Below are positions 13,261 to 24,422 of a stretch of DNA of 64,000 nt, in pieces. The notes below the pieces were generated by a model. The model did not search any database and was not told the DNA's origin. It saw only the letters and a list, made by a program, of their open reading frames with translations. Position 1 is the first letter of the stretch; each line of letters starts with the position of its first letter. The stretch spans positions 2,301,976 through 2,365,975 of the forward strand of contig CATNEN010000014.1 of assembly GCA_950097015.1 (NCBI GenBank). The letters run 5' to 3'. The DNA is from Macrostomum hystrix (lineage: Eukaryota; Animalia; Platyhelminthes). A program made the translations under genes and the position numbers.

Positions 13261-14244
13261 TCCGTCGCTGCAGCCGGCCTGAGCCAGCAGGCCGCCGAGT
13301 CCAGTGCGGAACGAGTCGTTGAGAAAGGCGTAGAGCACTGGATTTCCGGCGCTGCCAATGTAGCTCAGCAGAGTTGTCAGGTGCGACGTCTGAGCCATCC
13401 AGGACGCGGGCTCGTCCATGGACAGCACCAGGTTGACGTGCACCCAGTGCGGCAGAGAGCATGCTAGGTAGAACACCACCACCGCTGTCACTAGCAGAGT
13501 GACTCGCTCGAATCTTGCGGCTGCTCCACCGCCGCCGCTGCCGCCTCCAGGGCCGCCGCTGCTGGCCGCTCTGGCCTGCCGGAGTCGATAAAGCTTGCGC
13601 AAGATCAGGCCATAGAAACCGCCTAGCAACAGGGCGGGCAGCAAACAGCCGACCACAAACAGGTAACGGCTGAAGTGCTCGGGCTTGAGGAAGAACCGCC
13701 GGAGCGGAGATCCCGACGCCAGGGTGCCGTTCTCCTCGGCGCTGCTGTGGACGCAGAAGTTGACGGTCGCGTTGAGCGCATCCGAGTGCACTGAGTACAG
13801 GTGGGAGCAGAGGCCGACTGGCGCCATGATCAGGGCGCTGAGCAGCCACAGAATGACGAGAAGCCCGGCTGCGAAGCGGTGACTGCGGTACCTTTCAGAG
13901 GAGAAGGGTGACACCACGGCCTTGTAGCGATCGAAGCCCATGGCGACTATGACGAATATGCTGACGGTCCAGTTGATGTAGTACAGCAGGAAGTAGACTG
14001 TGCAGGCGGCTTCGCCCCAAGGCCAGCTACCCACCAGACTCAAGTGGATCAGCGGCGGCACTGACATCAGGTGAAGAATGTCAGCCACGGCCAGGTTCAC
14101 CAAGTACACGTTGATCACAGTGTGGGCAGCTTTCTGGGTGAGCACCACGGCGAGAACGAGCAGGTTGCCCACAATGCCGAGGGCGAACACGCAGCCCAGG
14201 GCCGCGTTGTACACCAGCATGAAGCTGCGACTGATCGAAAACAT
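12916..14244 (-). CDS. Rhodopsin-family neuropeptide GPCR, somatostatin/allatostatin-C/opioid-receptor-like (442 aa from ATG, single exon)
   Basis: TM1 GIVGN, TM2 NVYLVNLAVADIL, ECL1 WPWGEAAC, TM3 MGFDRYKAVVSP, TM4 W...AP, TM5 LLP...FYGLI, TM6 FYLACSLPHW, TM7 NPVLYAFLNDSFR. Gly/Ala-rich C-tail. Confidence 0.93.
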
Positions 14245-14877
14245 CACCGGGCGGGCCTCGGCTTGACTGGCTCGATCTCAGCAGGTGTCACCAATTTCTT
14301 GGATTTGTTGCACAAGAGTTTAGCTGGCTTAAACAGCTGGATTACGGTCGTCTCACTTTCTAATGTGAGTCTTGCTTAACAAAACTTCTCGGACGCTGTC
14401 ACAATGGTCTGCTCCATTCAGTCGCAAATGTCGCGAGTCCTTCCGGTTCTGTCTCTGCTTGCTTTCCCGGCTCGCTTGGCGCGCATTGTCCGAGTCTGTC
14501 TTGAGGCAGTCAGTTTCTTTTACTCATCATCTCCCACTCCCCCCTGTCCCATTGTGTGTTAGCCAATAGCAGCTTTCGCTCCCATTGATATGCATTGCCA
14601 TTCGTGGAAAAAGCTGTAGGTCGTTCATGCTGCTGGCTGACTGTCTTATCTACTGATGAGTAGTATTGAGCAAGAGAGCCAACTGGATAATAGGAGAGCA
14701 AATTAAAGCACTAATTCTGAATCTGATTAAAGTTTGTTTATTCGGCCTAAATTATAGGGCTTCAGAGATTAAAATAACAGCAATAACAGCAGCAGCAGTA
14801 GGAAACAGGAAAAGAGAAAATTTGTTAGAGAAATTTTAATAAGAAAGCTTCAAATATTATAAAATGCTACCTGTTCT

Positions 14878-14928
14878 CAAAATACGAGCGTATTTTGCTT
14901 TTTGTTTATTTTTTCTTATCTGATAAGA
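14878..14928. promoter_or_regulatory. Two adjacent palindromes, including a head-to-head double GATA site, in the divergent GPCR/NCS intergenic region
   Basis: CAAAATACG-AG-CGTATTTTG at 14878-14897 and TCTTATC-T-GATAAGA at 14914-14928. Confidence 0.3.
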
Positions 14929-15663
14929 GAGGTTGCCTGGCCACAAGGACACGGACAAGAGATTAATTAACAAGCTCACCTGTCAGCTTGAAGACTTTCA
15001 ACATCGATCCGGCTGTGGTTCTATTTCAGTCATTCATTATGAAACAGACTTCATTGCCAGCTCATCTGCGCCTTCTGCCAGACTGCAGTCGGTGGTCCAC
15101 TGGGCAGCCATCAATTATTTACACAGCCATCCATCTGGCGATGTTCGTACAGCCCTACTAAGAGGATAAATGTGTTGGAAAAAAGGGAACGGCAGTGTCA
15201 AGGGGGAATATTTTCTGATGCTAGATTAATTAATGGCCGTGTACATGTGAAACCCGGCAAAGAAGTGACTGGTCATTCTGTGTTTATTAATATTAAATTT
15301 TACATAGGGCTGCCATAATGTGTCCATTTTCCTAGCTTCTCATCGTGCTTTTCAAGAAATCTACCTGTCTATAATGAAATCTTTTAAACACAAGCAAGTA
15401 GGGACTCAAGTTTTGTGTGAATGTACATTGTGGAGGGTCCACCGTCACTGACCATCATATCTTCTCTTCTTCCTGAGTACACCGTACTCAAACTCAAGTC
15501 TATATTTGCGGTGCTGTGTTAATGCCTAAACAAGCTTGCCAAGTCTCTGAAACTGAAAGAAGCGAAGATAACCTTGCATTAGCAGTACAGTCCACGACCC
15601 CAATGCGACTTGACAGGTCGCATCAGTAAATTGCAACTTTAATAACAACAGCTTCTCAACCTC

Positions 15664-17799
15664 ATGGGCCAGGGACTCAGCCGGAAGGAGTGCGAAGAGG
15701 TTCGCAGGAACTACAGGCGTGAGCGAATGGGGGTTTTGAGTGGGGTCAGGATGAGTTCAGATTGAGAACAGAACCTCAGACTGAGCGCTAACAACTGTAG
15801 GAGATACGTTACTGAGGCAGTTATGGTAGAGGTCAGAGAGAAAATAAGAGAGGAAGGGAGAGAGGAAGGGAGAGAGGAAGGGAGAGAGGAGAGAGGAAGG
15901 GAGAGAGGAGAAGGTTGAGAGGAAGGGAGAGAGGAGAGAGGAAGGGAGAGAGGAAGGTAGAGGGGAAGGGAGAGAGGATGGTCAATCGCACACAGGTGAG
16001 CCCAGGCTCTATGGCAACCGACACCCGCCCGCCTGTCAGTTGACGAGGACGAGCTGGAGTCGTGGGTCCGCGTGTTCCGCCGCTACGCCCGGAGGCACCG
16101 CGGCAACGAGATGGACTTCGACGGGTTCAGCAGGGCGTTCGCCGAGTCCGGCGAGTCGGAGGGCAATCTGCGCCGCATTTTCTCCCTGTTCGACTGGGAT
16201 AAGAATGGCGTGATCTCCTTTAACGAGTTCATGTTTGCCGTTCTAGTCAACAGCCGAGTCTCCTCGAAAGTCAAGTTAAAATGTAAGGCACTTTGAAGCA
16301 TGCTGTTGATTTTGAAGTTGTGTACATGCTTCGGCTTTTTATCGATTTTTGGGTATCAAAGAGTGAGACTAGAGATAAGTGGATCAAGGGATTAGTGGAT
16401 CAAGGGATTAGTGGGTCAAGGGACTAGTGGTCAAGGGATTAGTGGGTCAAGGGATTATTGATCAAGAGATTAGTGTGTCAAGGGATTAGTGGTCAAGGGA
16501 TTAGTATCTCAACGGATTAGTGGGTCAAGGGATTAGTGGGTCGAGAGATTAGTAGGTCAAGGGATTAGTGAGTCAAGGGATTAGTGAGTCAAGGGATTAG
16601 TGAGTCAATGATTAGTGAGTCAATGATTAGTGCGTCAATGGATTAGTGAGTCAAGGGATTAGTGAGTCAATGATTAGTGCGTCAAGAGATTAGTAGGTCA
16701 AGGGATTAGTGAGTCAAGGGATTAGTGAGTCAAGGGATTAGTGAGTCAAGGGATTAGTGAGTCAATGATTAGTGAGTCAATGATTAGTGCGTCAAGGGAT
16801 TAGTGCGTCAAGAGATTAGTGGGTCAAGGGATTCGTGGGTCAAGGGCTTAGTTTTGATCAGAACGTTTTCCTTTGAAAAGCTGACATGCGCAAGACTTCA
16901 CTTCCAGTCGCTTTTGATATGATCGACAGCGACCGCAGCGGCAGCATTGATGAGGACGAGCTGCTGGACCTGGTGTTCCGCATCAGCTCAAGCAAGTCAA
17001 TGCTGATGTTTGACGACTCTAGCGAAATCAGCGAGGAACTGGTGCGAGACACCTTCCGGAAGATGGACTCGGTAAGTGCACGTTCTGTACTTCTGTACGA
17101 CCTAGAACAGCAAGTATCTCTAGACCTAAAACAACAAGGACCACTAGATCTAGAACAGCAAGGACCTCAAGACCGAGAGCAGCGTAGATTTGTGGATTTA
17201 GACATCAAGGACCACTAGACCTAGAACAGCAAGGAACACCTGACCTAGAATAGCAGGGACCGCTGTACCTAGAACAGAAAAGGACCGATATACCTAGAAC
17301 AGGATCACTGGGCCTAGAACAGGATCACTGGACCTAGAACAGGATCACTGGGCCTAGAACAGGATCACTGGACCTAGAACAGGATCACTGGACCTAGAAC
17401 AGGATCACTGGACCTAGAACAGGATCACTGGACCTAGAACAGGATCACTGGGCCTAGAACAGGATCACTGGGCCTAGAACAGGATCACTGGACCTAGAAC
17501 AGGATCACTGGACCTAGAACAGGATCACTGGGCCTAGAACAGGATCACTGGACCTAGAACAGGATCACTGGACCTAGAACAGGATCACTGGACCTAGAAC
17601 AGGATCACTGGACCTAGAACAGGATCACTGGACCTAGAACAGGATCACTGGACCTAGAACAGGATCACTGGACCTCGAACAGCCATCGTTTATTCAATTT
17701 CAGAATGGTGACGGTGAAATCTCGCTAGATGAGTTCATTGAGCAGGTCGGCAAGCACGGTGCGTGGATTTTGAAGCTGCTGGACATTCGGCAGAATTGA
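15664..17799 (+). CDS. Neuronal calcium sensor (recoverin/neurocalcin/GCAP-type) EF-hand protein, paralog 1, 185 aa, 4 exons
   Basis: Exons 15664-15718, 16040-16282, 16908-17071 and 17704-17799, all GT-AG and phase-compatible. N-terminus MGQGLS (MGxxxS myristoylation motif). EF loops DWDKNGVISFNE, DSDRSGSIDEDE and DSNGDGEISLDE. Confidence 0.92.
15836..15978. repeat. Purine-rich (GAGGAAGGGAGA-type) repeat in NCS paralog 1 intron 1
   Basis: Repeated AGAGGAAGGG/AGAGGAG units. Confidence 0.85.
16375..16848. repeat. ~17-bp minisatellite in NCS paralog 1 intron 2
   Basis: Unit GTCAAGGGATTAGTGAG with variants. Confidence 0.92.
17288..17682. repeat. 20-bp minisatellite in NCS paralog 1 intron 3
   Basis: Unit CCTAGAACAGGATCACTGGA, about 20 copies. 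Degenerate CTAGAACAG units continue upstream to ~17100. Confidence 0.93.
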
Positions 17800-18523
17800 T
17801 TGGGAACTTCAGGGCTCCTTCAGGGAACTAGCGGCAGTCTTTAACAACTCAATTGTGTGCTCAAGAACCAGTTCGAATGTATATTTACTACAGATTTTTA
17901 TTCGCTAAATTATTTTCGCATCTGCCGAGTCTCTGGACCATCGCCTAAGAGTTTATTATTTTCAATCGCTACTGTTTTGTTTATCTATAAGGGATGCAAT
18001 TTATGCATGTTTATAGTGTAAATTACTAATTTTATTCATTCATATTTTTTCAATTCGTGTTTGTTTTCAACAAGCTTATGCTCCAAATAATTCGGTCAAC
18101 TAGCTGTACAATAGACATGTACACGCAGTGTGTCTGGTGTACGTTTTGGAAGATATCACGTGACTTTGCACCGGCGCTTATTTTACTTTTAATTTCTTCA
18201 CCTAATCATGCCACTCACTCACTGACCCCTCTTCTGTTCTCACCCTGTGTTCTCATCCCTGTGTCCGTCTTTTAAGCTAAACACTTTTGAATAAGAATGA
18301 ACAGGAAAGACAGGAAAGAAGCAGCAGCAGCTGTGACAGCTGAGCAATTGGGTGGGTTGTCGAGCACTAATACAGCAGAAGGCTGTGACATCTCAGAAGT
18401 GAAGCAATGACAGTAAATCTTGAGCACAAAAATTGAGCTACTTATTCTTGCTTCATTAAAGAACAGTCGCTGATAATATAGCACTGCAACTGTAGAAGAC
18501 CGACTACTAGAATCTGCAGCCAA

Positions 18524-20208
18524 ATGGGACAGGATCTGAGTCGTCAGGAGTGCGAGGATGTCAGACGAAATTACAGGCTTGAGCTAAACTGATGAATTTT
18601 TATCTCGTGATCTGTTCTATGGCTTTTCCAAACATTGTCTGTAGTTTGGCTGCTTATTGTGCTTTTCTCTGCTGGTCACCTGCATCCTTGAACAACTTAG
18701 AGGCAAATTTAATTATAGACACGGAATTGCAGGTGAGCAGCAAGTCCCCTTTGTCTGGAGAATTCGGAAAAGGAGGCTTTTTTTGCCTCAGGTGGATGTG
18801 CATTTTACACGTAAAACTCTAAATATAGGTTGTAACAGCCTTTGCGCCCTAATAACGAATCAAAAAAGTGTTTCCTAAAGTAGAACTGTCTGCAAAGCTT
18901 TCAAACCTTTTCTGATTGGCTGGAAAAATCATGCTAAATATAGCCGATGCTAAAATTCGCGCGATTATTGATTGCCCAGAGTGCATACAGGGCAGGCAAA
19001 GCAGAAGGCTTTGGAAAAGTTGCCCCACTCTGATTGGTTCAGTGAGTTGTGCTAAAAATAACTCACGGGAATTCCTTGAGAGTACGCCCGCCCAGAACGC
19101 GAGTGTTGATTGAAAAAGCGCTAAAACCCCTTACCCTCACTCTCCTATTGGCTAGCGAAGTGTTCTAAAAATAGCCCAAGGAAGCACTTTAAGTATCTTA
19201 TCACCCTTTTGGTCTGTTAAATTCTCTTCAGTGGAGTCGGACGAGCTAGAGGCCTGGGTGCGCGTGTTCAAGCGCTACTCGGCTTCTCGGCGCCGCGGCC
19301 AGATGGACTTCCGCGGCTTCCAGCAGGCATTCGGCAGCACAGGCGAGAGGCGGGAAAATATCGAGAGGCTATTTCGCGTCTTCGATTGGGACGGCAGCGG
19401 CAGCATCTCATTCAACGAGTTTATGTTCGCGGTGCTCGTCAATAGCCGGGTGCCGACTAGAGTCAAGATCAAGTGTGAGGGCCGCCCCGTTATTTTCTTA
19501 TTTGATCATTTACTTGCACTTTTAACGGAATCGAGCCCCATAAAACTCGAAACTGACAACTATAGACGCTTTCGAGATGATTGACAAGGATAACAGCGGC
19601 TTCATTGAACTGAACGAGCTGATGGACCTGGTCTACAATGTCAGCGCCACAAAATCCATGCTGCTCTTTGATGACGATGTTGGCATTGATGAACGACTGG
19701 TGAAGGACACTTTCAGGCGGCTGGATTCCGTGAGCTGCCACATTTACCGCTCTCTCTACAATAGGCATTTATTATTTGGGTCGGCTTGCAATATTTTCAC
19801 TGGCTAGTGTTCTATCGATTTTTATTGATCGCAAGGGTTAGTCAATTATGACGTTGGTTGAATATCGGATTTCCCAAAAATCTAAATTATAAAAATAGCT
19901 GCCAAGCAAATCGTATTTTTCTCATTGAATCCAAATTTCAAACCTGTGAAACATTTCAAACAGTTTGTGTTTTAACAAAAGTCTAGCTATAGGTAGTTAG
20001 TTGTTGGATAGCTAAATGGCATGTTACTCTCTGTATTGAATTACACATGTAGCAGGACCTCTTGGTTGAAATAATTAGGCCAAAATTTTCCTATTTTTGC
20101 TACTACTTTTAGGACGGTGACGGCTTCATATCCCAGTCGGAGTTCGTTCACAACGTCGAGCAACACGGAACATGGATTCTGAAATTGTTCGACATCGGGA
20201 GGCATTAG
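18524..20208 (+). CDS. Neuronal calcium sensor-like EF-hand protein, paralog 2, 185 aa, 4 exons (first donor reads TT, not GT)
   Basis: Exons 18524-18578, 19232-19474, 19566-19729 and 20113-20208, the same lengths as paralog 1 (55/243/164/96). N-terminus MGQDLS. EF loops DWDGSGSISFNE, DKDNSGFIELNE and DSDGDGFISQSE. The donor at 18579 is TTGAGC versus GTGAGC in paralog 1. Confidence 0.85.
18915..19174. promoter_or_regulatory. Three CCAAT-box + MEF2-site modules in intron 1 of NCS paralog 2
   Basis: ATTGG at 18915, 19033 and 19147 is followed 18-19 bp later by CTAAATATAG (18934), CTAAAAATAA (19052) and CTAAAAATAG (19165), all matching YTAWWWWTAR. Confidence 0.5.
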
Positions 20209-20558
20209 TATATAATTTTCAGGTCGTGCTTAAAACTATTTGACTCCATTCAACTTGTATACAGTGAAAAAAAATCTAACTGGAAAACTGACCTTGGTTA
20301 ACAAATTCGATCGTAATGTTAATCATGCTATAAATGTAAACTTGCTTACAATCTTGTAGTTCTATTGTTGTACAGTGCATCAAAAACAAGTGCATAGAGT
20401 TGCAACTTCTATAGGGTGTTTCGCTTCTTTTAAGGGACTTAACCCTCACCAAAATCAAAAGAGCTCTCGATCTTATCTGTTTTGCCCTGCGCATCCTAGC
20501 AGATATGTCATGCTGCACGATTTGAAAGATAATACTCAGGTTTAAATGTATAAGTTCG

Positions 20559-20789
20559 GGCTTTATCGGGCGCCACATCATCCACACGAACACGATTGAG
20601 CGAACGTGGCCGCATTGCAAGGCCAAATTCAGGGCCATGCATGGAAGAAGCGATGCCCTCTTCGAGAGCCACATCCAGGAGTTTATGTGGCGCCGACTGT
20701 TCGGAGCAAACAGGGCTTTCGGAAACATGCTTTTCTGGATTCGCCACTACTACAGTGTGCCCAGTGACAAGCTCTGTGTCCGCCACTAG
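20559..20789 (+). mobile_element. Merlin / IS1595 (ISXO2)-like DDE transposase C-terminal fragment
   Basis: A frame absent from the ORF track reads GFIGRHIIHTNTIERTWPHCKAKFRAMHGRSDALFESHIQEFMWRRLFG...FGNMLFWIRHYY. This carries the HTNTIExxW...YL/HIxEFMWR signature of IS1595-family transposases. It is 5'-truncated (in-frame TGA at 20523). Confidence 0.75.
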
Positions 20790-22114
20790 AACACAATGAC
20801 GAGTTGGCAAGTTCGGCGACCAGGGAGCTAAAAACATAGACTGTGCTCTGCCACAATCGTTAGAATGGTTTAAGGCTGCTGTCAGGCTAGTGAAATGGGA
20901 GTATTTTAAGTTACTCGAACGCACCCTTTGTGCCTAAAAGACTCGTTGACAAGTCCGGCTTACGTCTTTGGCATTTTACGCTTTCAATGAATAACAAATT
21001 ATGTAATCGCTTGCACCAAGAACAGTGGCTCCAATTTAGTTTTATGTCACCAACAACAACGAAAATGAAAACACATACTTGTAAATACTTTTAGTAAATG
21101 TCACGGAATAAAATTTTAGGCATTTTCAAAGTATCTAAAAACTACAACCTGAGTCAGGAAACTCACATAAATAATATTGGTCCATCAATCAGTCGTCGCC
21201 ACTTCAGTTAAGACTCAATGTATGACAATCTAACTCAATGGTTACAATTATTAGTCTTTTTTACTCTTAATTGTCTCATCTCATTGTTCATATGCCTAGT
21301 GCGACGCACTTTAAGTAGCAAATTATCTTCTTGTTAAGGTTCGGTTGCGGTTTGCAAGACAGTAAAAGCCACATTTTGATTGTTAAATTAACATGGAATT
21401 GTTGCAATGCAGGTCCTATTTCTTAAAACAGCAGCGTAGGCCTACTTTTTATTTTTTTAACTACATATTTCTATGTTCATAATCATATACTATTTTTGTT
21501 AGGCCTATGTATTTAACTTGTTTACAGTAGGCCCTAACCCTAACCAGTCTTCTAATTGTTTTTCTAGCACCCTACCTGATCCAGGCTATAGCCTAACCTT
21601 AACTAACCACATTTAGTTTAAATCATGTATATAATATAGCTAGGCCTATACTAGTGGTTGTGTAGAGAAGACAATTTCCATTGGTAATGTAGCCTAATTT
21701 GGCTATGCCTATTTAACTTTACAAGTCTCAGAGAAACAAAATGGGAGTCAAGATGGGAGTTTGCAGCAAATAGTTTTTCCCAGAAGGCTAATGGGAGGCA
21801 GATTGCTCAGTTCAACATTTGTATCTCCAATTGGTACAGATAGGGGCCTACAGAGGCATAGTCACATTGCACAGGGATAGTTGACAGTGAGGGAACTAAT
21901 ATTTCAACTGCCAAAGTTATGACTATAATAGACAGACTTCCCACCAAGGGACTAAGTGACCTAGGACTAACAATGAAAAAATTCAGAGTTTTTTAAGTCT
22001 GTTAGCTAAAATAGGAACAGTAAAAAAACAACAAAACATTTGCTACTTTAAAAGAAAAGTTTGAAGTGCCTAAAGCTGAAAACTTACAGAGACTTAATAT
22101 GATTATTTTGTGCC

Positions 22115-22542
22115 CAGGGTTTTGTGCAAATTGGGTGCAACTTGCACCCCAATATCCAGATTTGCACCTAAATTTTGGGAATCAGATGCAAATCTTGCAC
22201 CAGCTTTTTTCTGAGGTAAGATACAAATGCCAATGCATTATGCATTTATAGGAACACTTATAAGTAACTTTTTTGTTCCTTATTGATCTTTTCAATTAAT
22301 TAGTATATTCAGCATCCTGTAAATAAACTTGATAAAATTATTTTCACTTTACTAAACAAAGAAAACTAATTTCAAATTGGTAGGCTGTAGCACAGATTTC
22401 CTAGAAATATTCTGGTAAAACATCTGCCTTAAGCCCTTAAATTTAATTAGAATCATTTTTTGGTGTTAAAACTTATTTAATTTGCACCTAGATTTTGGGC
22501 CTAAGATGCAAGCTTGCATCAGCTTTTTGACAAAAAACCCTG
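22115..22542. mobile_element. hAT-type MITE (~430 bp)
   Basis: Imperfect TIRs CAGGGTTTTGTGCAAA ... TTTGACAAAAAACCCTG. Flanks TTTGTGCC / ATTGTGCT match at 6 of 8 positions (8-bp TSD). A ~45-bp subterminal segment TTTGCACCTA.ATTTTGGG... is duplicated internally. Confidence 0.6.
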
Positions 22543-22792
22543 ATTGTGCTATGAGTTATTACACAATAGAAGTTTTGCAAATAAAACTAATTTAACAAAA
22601 AGCTAAATTTCCTTAGTTTTAATATAATTTTCAAGATTTACAAATGAAAAAATAATAGCAACTAGCCGCCAAATACAAGTACCAGAAGAAAGCTAGGCTA
22701 ATTAAGCAAAATGCTTTGCATTGTACAAAACTTAATCAAATTCTGACCTATTTTGGCACTCAAAAAGTCACTAGGAAATTAGAACAAAGATG

Positions 22793-23946
22793 CCTACAGT
22801 TGTGACTAGCAATCCTTCATTCAAGAATGGATCTGACTAGTATACAGTTGTGACTAGCATTCCTTCATTCAAGAATGGTTCTGACTAGTATACAGTTGTG
22901 ACTAGCATTCCTTCATTCAAGAATGGATCTGACTAGTATACAGTTGTGACTAGCAATCCTTCATTCAAGAATGGTTCTGACTAGTATACAGTTGTGACTA
23001 GCATTCCTTCATTCAAGAATGGATCTGACTAGTATACAGTTGTGACTAGCAATCCTTCATTCAAGAATGGTTCTGACTAGTATACAGTTGTGACTAGCAT
23101 TCCTTCATTCAAGAATGGTTCTGACTAGTATACAGTTGTGACTAGCATTCCTTCATTCAAGAATGGTTCTGACTAGTATACAGTTGTGACTAGCATTCCT
23201 TCATTCAAGAATGGATCTGACTAGTATACAGTTGTGACTAGCATTCCTTCATTCAAGAATGGTTCTGACTAGTATACAGTTGTGACTAGCATTCCTTCAT
23301 TCAAGAATGGTTCTGACTAGTATACAGTTGTGACTAGCATTCCTTCATTCAAGAATGGTTCTGACTAGTATACAGTTGTGACTAGCATTCCTTCATTCAA
23401 GAATGGATCTGACTAGTATACAGTTGTGACTAGCATTCCTTCATTCAAGAATGGTTCTGACTAGTATACAGTTGTGACTAGCATTCCTTCATTCAAGAAT
23501 GGATCTGACTAGTATACAGTTGTGACTAGCAATCCTTCATTCAAGAATGGTTCTGACTAGTATACAGTTGTGACTAGCATTCCTTCATTCAAGAATGGTT
23601 CTGACTAGTATACAGTTGTGACTAGCATTCCTTCATTCAAGAATGGATCTGACTAGTATACAGTTGTGACTAGCAATCCTTCATTCAAGAATGGTTCTGA
23701 CTAGTATACAGTTGTGACTAGCATTCCTTCATTCAAGAATGGTTCTGACTAGTATACAGTTGTGACTAGCATTCCTTCATTCAAGAATGGATCTGACTAG
23801 TATACAGTTGTGACTAGCATTCCTTCATTCAAGAATGGTTCTGACTAGTATACAGTTGTGACTAGCATTCCTTCATTCAAGAATGGTTCTGACTAGTATA
23901 CAGTTGTGACTAGCATTCCTTCATTCAAGAATGGATCTGACTAGTA
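22793..23946. repeat. 48-bp minisatellite, ~24 highly homogeneous units
   Basis: Unit TATACAGTTGTGACTAGCATTCCTTCATTCAAGAATGG(T/A)TCTGACTAG. Confidence 0.97.
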
Positions 23947-24422
23947 GTCATGGAGTGTGGTACTTTATCAGAAAATATATCAGTAATTACTTAGGCCAGG
24001 TTGAAAATGTTAGCATTACCTTATAATTTGTGGTCATATGCCTACCCTGGTTTATTAGTAAATTTCTTAATTACACAGCTATACAGCTATTTTTTATGAA
24101 GCTAGTTTAGTTATAGCTATTTCAGTATACAAGAGCCACTGCTACATAGATGAAAAGCCCATTCCATATATGAAAATGTAGTTTGTGTAACTTAGAGGTG
24201 AATATATTTGCTTTTTCTAGACTTTCTTGTACTTATACACTTATCTGTACATATATTTTTTGGTTTAAAAATATGTTTGATTTGTCATTTATATTTATTA
24301 TTGTCCTTTGAAAGTGACTTATCTTAACAAATTTATTATCATAATCATAAAAGTATAATTATTGTATCGATGTTTTATACAAATAAATTGCTTATTTCTT
24401 ATTCTTTTCTTAGGGGTTTTAC

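Noticed and set aside
12983-13849. Overlapping alternative-frame and antisense ORFs within the GPCR (likewise in tropomodulin and 33800-34900)
   Set aside because: Shadow ORFs caused by GC-rich codon usage of the real genes.
21532-21545. Telomeric CCCTAA repeat
   Set aside because: Only about 2.3 units, which is expected by chance.
22793-23946. CRISPR-like appearance of the 48-bp, 35-bp and 55-bp arrays
   Set aside because: The units are contiguous with no unique spacers, there are no cas genes, and the context is eukaryotic.
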